A DNA stretch of 64,000 nt from Podarcis vaucheri. Its lineage: Eukaryota. This document shows, piece after piece, positions 51,001 through 58,076 of this stretch. The position numbers and the translations under genes were made by a program. The DNA lies in NCBI GenBank assembly GCA_965113315.1, contig OZ220374.1; one strand, 5' to 3'. Every line of letters begins with the position of its first letter. The first letter of the stretch is position 1. The notes beneath the pieces were generated by a model. It was not told the origin of the DNA. It saw only the letters and a program-made list of their open reading frames with translations, and made no database searches.

Positions 51001-53695
51001 GCTCCAAAGCCAACTGCTCTCTAGCTTTAACCTCTCCATCGAGTCGCTCTTGCAATTCCTCCTGGCATCTGAGCAATTCAGTGGCTTCTTGTTCCTGTTT
51101 AAAGGACTCTCGCATCAATTCTGTCTGTGTAACTTTAGCATGTTCAAGCTGCGTGATAAGAGAATGAAAAAGGTTAAAATTTGATGGTTTAAAAACCAGG
51201 TCTTATACTGGAAACTTGAAATTGTTGTGGAACGATAAATAATCTGGAAAGGATCGGGCCCTTTCATTCATTTCTACAGACTTCTAAATTAGAGGTTTAT
51301 TGGCCTTACACAATATGGTCAGTAAGATAAGTAAATACCTGCACACTGCAGTATAATGAATCAGTGTCACATGACCATATCCGTGTCGAAGTGCCGGAAC
51401 TTGACACTTCCTAGCTTACGTCAACTTATGAGAGGCTCATTTTAATGTTCATTACAAACTTTCCAGAACGTAATGGAATCCTCAGCACATACTACACATA
51501 TTAGCTTTTGCTACAAATTTTATACGACAGTTCCTAATTAGGATGGTTGAAAAGGAATGTGGAGCAACGGATTTCATGTTGCAAATAATAATTCTACTTC
51601 ATAAGAAACTTTGGTTTTCCACCATGCTCAATTAATACAACAAGACATACTACAAGGTAATATTTACTGTGCAACTCCCTCAGATCAAAGGTTAGAGAAC
51701 CACAATGAAGCAGAAACAACCCTATAGGCAAGGTTCATTAGGCTCTAAAGCTCTTAAACACATATGAATTAGTACTTGAAGGGAGATGTTGTTTCCCATT
51801 GTATATTTTCCATCCATTGTTTAATTTGTGGAAATGTCACCTACTTAACTGACATAATTTTAAAAAACAAACATTGAAACAGTTCATTTGCCCCCCACCA
51901 AAAGCAATACATCTCAAAAACCAATAGCTCTGAGTCAAAAATCCTGCCTGTCTCTTTTGAATAAATCTTTGAGAAATGATGAAGAACCACCTGCTGTAAT
52001 TATCAGACCAGAATCACAGTAGAGACTTGTGGGAAACAATATTTTTCAAGCCATGTGCTTAAGGTAAGTAAGAATATAGCATGACTTTACTTAGAATTTG
52101 TAAAAAAATAAAATTCTTAGATCAGTTTAACAAGTGAAAAAGTTCAGAGTCTAGCTGTTAAGGGCAGGTAAGGCTGCTGACATTTCACGTGCTACTCAAA
52201 TTACAAAATGACAAAACGCATATTTGTTTAACTGCAGGGAAGGAAAGAACCCACACCCATGTTTTTATAAGTATGGTGAATGTGTTCACATATTATGTGT
52301 CTTGTAATACTATATTCCTCATAGAGCATGGCTTTATAGGGGGAAAAAGCTCTTCTATTTTTATCAACTGTTTTAGCGTTAACAAAGCTAAGGTGGTTGT
52401 CGCTGGTTAACAATGAAGACATGGGCCAGCAAGCAAAATGTCAAGCAATCCATGCAAACAGAGTTCTAATGCTAAAGCTTCCTGCAGCAGTATATACCTA
52501 GGGTTAATTTTTTTCTCATCCAGCAATGTGGCTTGGCTGTGTGGAAGGGCTCTCAAAATCCAAATAACTGCTGTCTGGATGATGACAGCTGCACTCATGG
52601 AGAACTTCCAGTTTCCTCCACCACCATCCCAGAGAAGGGGAGAAATGTTATCTAGGTATCCCAGCCCCATTACTAAATCTAAAGGCAGCAAAACTATACC
52701 AATATATATAGAGAGACAGAAGTACACCTCACAGTACAGGTCTCAAGTCACCTAAGTCTGCGCACATATCATACATTTAAAGCACAGGAGTCTCCCCCCA
52801 CAAAATCCAGGAAACTGTAGTTGATGGGGGGGGGGGAGACACGTGTTTGAAATGTGCTTCAAATGCATAGTATGCACAAAGCCTCAGTCAGCACATTGTG
52901 CCAAAACACAAAATAATATTCCTAAAGATTATTTAAATTGTACTAAAGATTTCTCTATGCTTTGATTACATGGCAGATAACTATACTTAGCATTATCAAA
53001 AATTCACAGGTGCATTTTACAGAATATACTACTGCATCTTAGTTTAAGTATGCATTTGATATATCTTATTAGAAAGGGACATTAGTATTTCCATTACTTT
53101 CTGTTTCTCCACTCTATACTTAAGCATGGCCAAATTAAACTATTCACTACTAAAGCAGCACATGCAACACATTGCCCAATGTGGGCATTTGATCCTCATT
53201 TTGTCATGTGCCTCCTATTATCTATCATAACAATGTTGCATTCAGCTTTGGGTGCAAACAGAACCATACATTCATTGGAAACGGTCCTTATATTATTACA
53301 GTATGCTTTTTGCTACTTTGCAAATATATTTTACTGAAAGGCATGGAGGGGGGGAAATCAAATAAATAAAATCAAATAAACAAAGAGAATAAATGTGATT
53401 GTTAAATAATAGCTAGATATGCTACATGGCTCAGATACACAGCTGTCATAACTTAGATTTAAGTGGCAAGCACTAAAATAACAGATACCTACAAATATGT
53501 TACATCTGCGCCTGCTTTATAATGTCAATACTGGCACTGCATGCTGAATTCAATTCTACTGTAGTGTTAATAATTTAAGAAAAAAGTTTCATTAGCTTTG
53601 TTTACAAAATAAAAAACTGCTTTAGATACAAAAATATTATCAAGTACAGTATATACTGTAGTTTAAAACTTTCCCTTTACCATTTCTGCCAGCAT

Positions 53696-53733
<38 letters not shown>

Positions 53734-56700
53734 TACAGCAAGATTAAAATTCCTTCAGCTTCTTTAATACTTACTGAATAAGGGGGTGTAGGCAAAGAAA
53801 TTTTTGAAACAACTCTTACTCTATGCTCATTTTTCCTGCGCCTAAAATGAAAAATTGAAGTATTGACAACTACAGAGTTATTTTCATCCAACTCTTCGGT
53901 GAAAGGAAAAGGATATGGTAAAGGCACACGAGATTCAACTTCATATGTATCTTCTTCCTCGCTTTTTTCTGACTTCAAGCCACTGAATAGATTTGATGCC
54001 CAATATGTACGGTAGGAATCCATTCGAGAATAACGTTGCTGCCTTCGCTCATCAGATAGGGCTATTTGCCTTAGCTATGAAAGGTTTCAATATACTGACA
54101 AAAAAATGCAGAGAAGTTCACCAGTTGTCTGACTGCTGCAGAGAGCCAGGAACTATCAGTTCACATCCGGATAAGTAACCCGCAAGTAAGGAGAAGCCCA
54201 AGTAAATATCAACTTGAGAAGAAAAGAAAGTGTCAACATTTGCAGACTTCACTGAACTACGACTTTCCCCCTCAGAACCAAACTCGAAAAGGTATTTTAA
54301 ACAAAAAGAATTAGTAATGTGAGGCAGGCATTCATTGAGGGAACAAGGTATCTTCATTATTAGGCCATGTAACGACAAGCAACAGGCAGTTAATCAATCC
54401 ATTACAGGAAAAAAAAAATTTCAGCAGTTGTCAATTGAAAAAACAAAACAAAACACCTGCTACAGTGAGGTCAAAAATACAAAAAGTGGCACACTTCTTT
54501 GGCTTTGATTACTTTCTTGAAAGAATTCTCCTGAAGTTAGATAAAGCTTCACCGTGTAAAGTGAAAGCCTCTCTCTCTCTCAATGCCTCTGTTGAGGAAG
54601 AGGTCAGGACAATGGGAGTGGCTTAATTTCTTTACTGCAGGTACACAAGCTGATGGAATTTGAATTAGCACACCCACAGTAAACCTTGCCCGACAAGATT
54701 CAAAATCCAAGTCAGAGCAGAGAAGCTGTATTCGTAAGGGAATAAAACAATAGCTTCAAGACTAAAAGACTATTTTCAATGCTTTGTAAAAAAGAACATT
54801 TCTAAAATACAGTTGCATTTCCAGATCTTTAATGTTGACAGCCTGAAAAGCACTCCTAGCAAGGTTTCTCTTTCTATTAGGATCAATGTGCAAGTCCATG
54901 AATTAGATGATAGGTAAATTCATACTGTTTGTAGATTTTTTTGGCACAAAGATCACCTTATCATCACAACATAGTTCTTTGGAAGTTTGAGGGCGATGAG
55001 GGAAGATAGAAAGGAGAATAAGATTTTGATTACATCCTTTGGAGAAACCAGTTGTAAAATGATGCACTTATTGTCCATTAGAAAATAAGTCTTTCATTTA
55101 ACTTGCTGGGCATTTTCTGCTTGTTCTGTTGCAAGAGAGTCCTGAGAAACTAAGTTGACAAAATTAAACTTGATAGACAGATATGAAACAGAATTGTTGT
55201 TGTTGTTTAGTCGTGACCGACTCTTTGTGACCCCATGGACCAGAGCACGCCAGGCACCCATGTCTTCCACTGCCTCCCACAGTTTGGTCGAACTCATGCT
55301 GGTAGCTTCGACAACACTGTCCAACCATCTCGTCCTCTGTCGTCCCCTTCTCCTTGTGCCCTCAATCTTTCCCAGCATCAGGGTCTTTTCCAGGGAGTCT
55401 TCTCTTCTCATGAGGTGGCCAAAGTATTGGAGCCTCAGCTTCACGATCTGTCCTTCCAGTGAGCACTCAGGGCTGATTTCCTTCAGAATGGATAGGTTTG
55501 ATCTTCTTGCAGTGCACGGGACTCTCAAGAGTCTCCTCCAGCACCATAATTCAAAAGCATCAATTCTTTGGCGATCAGCCTTCTTTATGGTCCAGCTCTC
55601 GCTTCCATACATCACTACTGAGAAAACCATAGCTTTAACTATACGGACCTTTGTTGGCAAGGTGATGTCTCTGCTTTTTAAGATGCTGTCTAGGTTTGTC
55701 ATTGAAATAGAATAGTATATTTCAAATTCAAAGATGTATCTGATCCATTCACCTGTTTCTAAGAGGGATGGAAGAGCTCTCATTTGAGCACTGAGATTCG
55801 TTTCAAATGCATTTAACAGACTGAGGCTATAATACTATGATGCAGGTTCCAAGTTCAAATGTGGCACCATTTTGAGGCATGCAAGAAATGTGATTTCTTC
55901 GTTGAGCACTAAAACTATGCATGCTACAATCTATTGCTTTTTCCAAAAGTCGTTCTAGGTTTCAGGTTCAAAACTGACCTATTTGATAGGGACTATTTTT
56001 GAAAGGGAAATATTCAGCACTGAAAAACTGGATTCAAACTTGGTGTGCATATTCATGGCACCATTCTAAAAGTTCCAAGTATTTGAGGAAGAGGGAGAAG
56101 AGATGGGTAAGCACCTAGGTGCAATGACTCAAAATATTGAAGAAAAATATTGAGGCGGAAAGAAGAAGAAGAAGAGTTTGGATTTGATATCCCGCTTTAT
56201 CACTACCCGAAGGAGTCTCAAAGCGGCTAACATTCTCCTTTCCCTTCCTCCCCCACAACAAACACTCTGTAAGGTGAGTGGGGCTGAGAGACTTCAAAGA
56301 AGTGTGACTGGCCCAAGGTCACCCAGCAGCTGCATGTGGAGGAGCGGAGACGCGAACCCGGTTCCCCAGATTGCAAGACTATTGCTCTTAACCACTACAC
56401 CACACAGATAAAAGGCTTCCAATAGGATAAGCAGGTTGAAACAATTGCAATGAAACAACGTTCATTGGAACGTTCCGGATGCAAGACCTATTCAATCCTA
56501 CGATTCACTAGTTTTTAAAATGAAGTATTTTCTTTCTAGGAAAGCCAACACTGAAAAAACTGGATTGCAAATGAAATCCTATTGCAAGTTACACTGGCAT
56601 ACACATATCTTTCTGGAAATAATAAGAATTGTATAAACACTAGTTGAAACTGGGAACAACTACACATTCCACACTTTGAGGGCACCGATGGTATAGATCT

Positions 56701-58076
56701 GAAGGAATCCAATTTACTTCCTCACGTGGAGGTATTAGGCAATGTTTGTGTGCAGCTTCCCTGTACCCAAAGAATTGGCCCTTCAATTAATGGACACACA
56801 CACCAGCCTATAAGAATTTAAATCCACAGAACGAGAAATATCTGTTCTCCCAAGGAAGGAATGATCAAAGTCATGGCAACCAAAGAAACAACTTTCAAAT
56901 AATTTGATTTAGCTTATCACAACTTTGAACTGTTTACGTCACTGTCTTAAATACATTTAAACATTTAAATGAAAGAAACCTCTGAAAACATAAGAGACTT
57001 CAAAAGATCTGAAAAACTTACCACAATCCCCGAAAAATCATATAATATTGTAGGTGTACCACCACCAGAAGGGGAGATGGAGGTGGAAAATCAATACACC
57101 TGGCTCAACAGATAAACAGGTATCAGGGCTATAGATACTTTTTAAAGAGATGCTAATGCTTACTTTTCTAAATCTATCCTACAGTACTATATACTATATA
57201 AGGATGTCATCATGCTGTGGTTTCCATGGCCAGCAACAGATGGCTCTGTGAACTACAACGTGAAGAAGGAAAAGCAGTGTTGGCAGTTGAGGATGATGGA
57301 AATAGAGATGGGGGCAGCCCACACAAGTGAGTGAACAGGCAGGTGACAGTGCAGGTGAGCAGGTGGCCCAGATGATCAACACAGGTATCAGGTAGCCTAG
57401 GCAAGCCACAGAGGAAAACACAGGGCAGCTCCCCACCAACCATTCAGCTCTGCTGCCACTGCCCACCGCCCACCAATATTGCTGTTTTAGCCTCAGCAGC
57501 ATTGCAGTAGAGAAGGAAGTAAGCAGAGGCAGGTGGGAACCCCAGGCAAGCCGCTGAGGAACAGTCGGGACAGCACAGGGGAGCTGTTGAACAACCATCC
57601 TACCACTTCGCTGCTCCTCAACTTCTGCAGCTAAGGCCAAGGCACCCATGTCAGTGTGAGTATAAGCAGAGGGTGGGAGGGGGGGGTCTAAAGGAGAAAG
57701 TGTGGTTGGGATAAGTTGTAAGGAGAAGGGGGAGAGGAGGTTGGGATGAGATGCTAAGGGAGAAGATTTTCAAAACCTATACTGTATCCAATAGTGTTTT
57801 GCAACCCGTTCCTCAATAATCTACTAAGGATATAATTAAGGAGTGCTACCTGATTGGTGGTTTCGTTTATTGTTTCCAGAAGTTTTTCAACGGCTGCCTG
57901 AAGTCGAGAACTGATATTTAAAACCAGCTCTTCATTTTTGGGGTCTACTTCCACTCCAGCAAAGCCATGCTCCGTGAGGTACTGTGAGAGTTCAAGGCCT
58001 TCATCTGTGACTTCTGACCACATGCTAGGGCCATCACCTTCTACATCGCTGCCATGATACGAAGATGGTGCCTTTT
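15032..58076 (-). CDS. AKAP9: A-kinase anchor protein 9 (AKAP450/CG-NAP), 3' portion: 29 constitutive exons, coiled coils and PACT domain; 5' part outside window
   Basis: 29 GT-AG exons totalling 6293 nt in continuous frame. Includes LNISSRLQAAVEKLLE, LEHAKVTQTELMRESF, QKVAAALVSQ, PACT (RIYGRYLRAESFRKALIYQKKYL...RFRSAVRVLIAISRMKFLVRRW) and C-terminal YDPDRALTDYINRLEALQRRL...SGIRR*. Confidence 0.97.
15228..15367 (-). CDS. AKAP9: AKAP9 exon
   Basis: YQGIHTDLSPVSLACSQLQNYDPDRALTDYINRLEALQRRLGSVQS. Confidence 0.93.
15700..15960 (-). mobile_element. Degenerate CR1 LINE 3' fragment
   Basis: gatcagatcaaaggtccaactagccagc...ccttttaaaagct, related to 35960-36150. Boundaries approximate. Confidence 0.5.
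16316..16439 (-). CDS. AKAP9: AKAP9 exon
   Basis: GNDLRPDSFPGGLELFGEHRHSSYRSRSELESLRSPLSYQHR. Confidence 0.92.
17447..17532 (-). CDS. AKAP9: AKAP9 exon (end of PACT)
   Basis: MKFLVRRWHRVTGYSLTGINRDGFSQNT. Confidence 0.93.
18273..18505 (-). CDS. AKAP9: AKAP9 exon (PACT domain)
   Basis: RIYGRYLRAESFRKALIYQKKYLLLLLGGFQECEDATL...VLIAISR. Confidence 0.95.
18588..18709. mobile_element. hAT-type palindromic MITE
   Basis: CAGGAATGGGGAA...TTCCCCAGCCCTG termini, ggactacaactc core. Confidence 0.65.
18921..19132 (-). mobile_element. Squam3-like tRNA/CORE SINE
   Basis: Nearly identical to 56176-56404; (GAAAG)n tail at about 18890-18920. Confidence 0.75.
19133..19320 (+). mobile_element. Old MIR/Ther1-like SINE
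   Basis: CORE-like gttgttacaaggataaaatgg and tail gccaccttgagc...gggatataaatgcaataataa. Confidence 0.55.
19418..19618 (-). CDS. AKAP9: AKAP9 exon
   Basis: AFRLSLNNGGSVDTLLASERELWNKEK...ENAALK. Confidence 0.9.
19745..19940 (+). mobile_element. tRNA-headed SINE with CR1-like tail (Squam2-like)
   Basis: gtagctcggtggtacagcat...ctgactcagtatagggcaagcttccta; related copy at about 25110-25320. Confidence 0.55.
20400..20527. mobile_element. hAT-type palindromic MITE
   Basis: CAGGGTTTCCC...GGGAAAACATG; long hairpin ggactacaactcccatcatccct/agggatgatgggaactgtagtcc. Confidence 0.75.
20652..20828 (-). CDS. AKAP9: AKAP9 exon
   Basis: ISSDLPSSASLTERLLKQNAELTGFVSRLSEEKNNLRN...GDS. Confidence 0.92.
21290..21401 (-). 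CDS. AKAP9: AKAP9 exon
   Basis: LPFEKADDEGFVGIQNNIEEVILQLQMLSGLPNLEAE. Confidence 0.9.
21673..21849. mobile_element. hAT non-autonomous element
   Basis: CAGGGGTGTCCAAA...TTTGGACATGCCTG; perfect 8-bp TSD ACTTATAC at 21665-21672 and 21850-21857. Confidence 0.85.
21866..22229 (-). mobile_element. Sauria SINE (POM-type), near full length
   Basis: Reverse strand reads GGGACACAGGTGACGCTGTGG...GCAGTTCGAAAGCA...GGGTCCTTTATCCTTT, matching the recalled Sauria SINE. Homologous to 27331-27509 and 62627-62777. Confidence 0.85.
22470..22682. mobile_element. Tc1/mariner MITE (one end truncated)
   Basis: Homologous to 35624-35873 (aaccaaag...cttctgattggctgca...); ends gactg|ta. Confidence 0.7.
23144..23349 (-). 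CDS. AKAP9: AKAP9 exon
   Basis: TTRDTSNERTRKWVFQQK...ANKAAQR. Confidence 0.9.
24034..24702 (-). CDS. AKAP9: AKAP9 exon (669 nt, coiled coil)
   Basis: DLKYSLENEKQKVAELSNLLELERE...CQNLNE. Confidence 0.93.
25495..25645 (-). CDS. AKAP9: AKAP9 exon
   Basis: NELKGKAAELDLLKDTMASEQKKSRELQWALEKE...EELE. Confidence 0.93.
26448..26643 (-). CDS. AKAP9: AKAP9 exon
   Basis: LLGYNMEVQMELSNIKDKA...TLKAQHKHLRDLEAIR. Confidence 0.9.
27331..27509 (+). mobile_element. Sauria SINE 3' half
   Basis: ggtaaacagtgtttccgtgcgctgctctgg...ggggtccctttaccttta. Confidence 0.8.
27554..27698 (-). CDS. AKAP9: AKAP9 exon (alternative in-frame acceptor at 27686)
   Basis: HIFQRTAVDCIQNADRRSLLMEINLLRAQL...EPKCH. Confidence 0.85.
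28432..28620 (-). CDS. AKAP9: AKAP9 exon
   Basis: FYAGSESSEGVSDWRAELLYAVQQVF...EKRLQEQ. Confidence 0.92.
29709..29900 (-). CDS. AKAP9: AKAP9 exon
   Basis: GLLRAIHREGEQIISLSE...WLEERKAFL...HRDTE. Confidence 0.92.
30440..30561 (-). CDS. AKAP9: AKAP9 exon
   Basis: SSSDWSQGAYLVPSQGSD...LPKGIK. Confidence 0.9.
30712..30769 (-). CDS. AKAP9: AKAP9 exon (58 nt)
   Basis: GIPGIAQPSSSNARDGCSS; ttttag acceptor, gtaag donor; required for frame. Confidence 0.85.
31134..31176. repeat. (AAT)n microsatellite
   Basis: About 14 AAT units. Confidence 0.95.
31639..32100 (-). CDS. AKAP9: AKAP9 exon
   Basis: VKETSLLRLEEDL...MQELHAAEIMDMETRHISE...LRDKE. Confidence 0.92.
32394..32540 (-). CDS. AKAP9: AKAP9 exon
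   Basis: VAKELSENKE...LERIRAESVAAKEELNSYREKAEKLNEQLM. Confidence 0.92.
32852..32988. mobile_element. hAT-type palindromic MITE (young)
   Basis: Near-perfect long TIR CAGGCTTCCTCAACCTCGGCCCTCCAGATGTTTTTG and its complement. Confidence 0.85.
33890..34957 (-). CDS. AKAP9: AKAP9 large exon (1068 nt; includes the PKA-RII anchoring helix region)
   Basis: VIEGKNEHIRELEAQIEYLKSDQE...LEETLEQKVAAALVSQAQL...TLTAQ. Confidence 0.94.
35624..35873. mobile_element. Tc1/mariner MITE
   Basis: TA|CCGTCATACCTTGG...CCAAGGTACGACTA|TA. Confidence 0.75.
35960..36150 (-). mobile_element. CR1 LINE 3' end fragment
   Basis: aagaaaagccatgctgggttaggtcaaaagcccacctagtccagcatc..., typical of a reversed CR1 3' end. Confidence 0.55.
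37733..37912 (-). CDS. AKAP9: AKAP9 exon
   Basis: EDMEKMGLAI...GKFVQIIQEKEQEI...ITTDNK. Confidence 0.92.
38134..38286 (-). CDS. AKAP9: AKAP9 exon
   Basis: IINLEEQLEQFREELENKNEEVQQLHMQLEIQ...ENKFFK. Confidence 0.93.
39263..39367 (-). CDS. AKAP9: AKAP9 exon
   Basis: VEERKQFGSTTIRRELPLEAQLQAEQEAVDRKEKE. Confidence 0.92.
39475..39651 (-). CDS. AKAP9: AKAP9 exon
   Basis: VEQLTNHLKEKTDKCSELLLSKEQLQRD...ADSLQK. Confidence 0.93.
41510..41629 (-). CDS. AKAP9: AKAP9 exon
   Basis: EQAIDREHERDVFQQEIVKLEHQLK...HQNRE. Confidence 0.93.
41785..41819. repeat. (CA)n microsatellite
   Basis: About 17 CA units. Confidence 0.95.
42216..42370. mobile_element. Tc1/mariner MITE
   Basis: TA|CAGTCATACCTC...AAGGTTCCACTG|TA. 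Confidence 0.7.
42757..42989 (-). CDS. AKAP9: AKAP9 exon
   Basis: LLAETEKLMREKIEVQRQAEK...LEKTKKFLD. Confidence 0.93.
44471..44509 (-). CDS. AKAP9: AKAP9 alternative 39-nt microexon
   Basis: Strong pyrimidine tract ...ctgttctcctag| and |gtgtgt donor. Symmetric phase 1, matching the flanking exons. Encodes (R)LVDAAVDAASQA(E), similar to a recalled LVDAAVDAA insert in some AKAP9 isoforms. Confidence 0.75.
46196..46408 (-). CDS. AKAP9: AKAP9 exon
   Basis: LIDGYADEKSLLEEQIQEKTD...KADAGPVEQ. Confidence 0.93.
48047..48093. repeat. (CT)n microsatellite
   Basis: About 20 CT units. Confidence 0.95.
48425..48987 (+). mobile_element. 5'-truncated Rex1/Babar-type LINE (RT C-terminal region, 3' UTR, (TAT)n tail)
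   Basis: ORF 48453-48860 KAQQRLHFLR...FYWSTIESVLSYCITVWY...DSHPGHHLFNLLPSGRRYRS...TNRLKNSFYP; ends gacaataaaggtattattattatt. Confidence 0.85.
50986..51148 (-). CDS. AKAP9: AKAP9 exon
   Basis: LEHAKVTQTELMRESFKQEQE...LALELSKAE. Confidence 0.93.
53699..53730. repeat. (CA)n microsatellite, read as (UG)n on AKAP9 pre-mRNA
   Basis: About 16 units. Confidence 0.95.
53775..54074 (-). CDS. AKAP9: Candidate alternative AKAP9 exon (internal first exon from ATG 54023, or 300-nt cassette)
   Basis: Stop-free 100 codons between ctttcatag| and |gtaagt, phase 0 at both ends, matching the flanking AKAP9 exons. Confidence 0.5.
55194..55702 (-). mobile_element. 5'-truncated BovB (RTE) LINE
   Basis: MTNLDSILKSRDITLPTKVRIVKAMVF...IDAFELWCWRRLLRVP...LEKTLMLGKIEGTRRRGRQR...VHGVTKSR; (CAA)n tail; TSD tgaaacagaat/tgaaatagaat. 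Confidence 0.92.
56176..56404 (-). mobile_element. Squam3-like tRNA/CORE SINE
   Basis: Second copy of 18921-19132, with tRNA-like head (gtggtgtagtggttaagagc on -) and (GAA)n tail. Confidence 0.8.
57850..58076 (-). CDS. AKAP9: AKAP9 exon (5'-most found in window)
   Basis: KAPSSYHGSD...MWSEVTDEGLELSQ...LNISSRLQAAVEKLLETINETTNQ. Confidence 0.93.

Noticed and set aside
55094-55141. Phase-0 acceptor followed by DSLATEQAENAQQVK* as an alternative terminal AKAP9 exon
   Set aside because: No convincing donor or downstream poly(A) signal; could easily be chance next to the BovB tail.
57194-57649. 151-aa minus-strand ORF
   Set aside because: GC-rich, repeat-like intronic sequence with no splice-compatible boundaries or homology cues.
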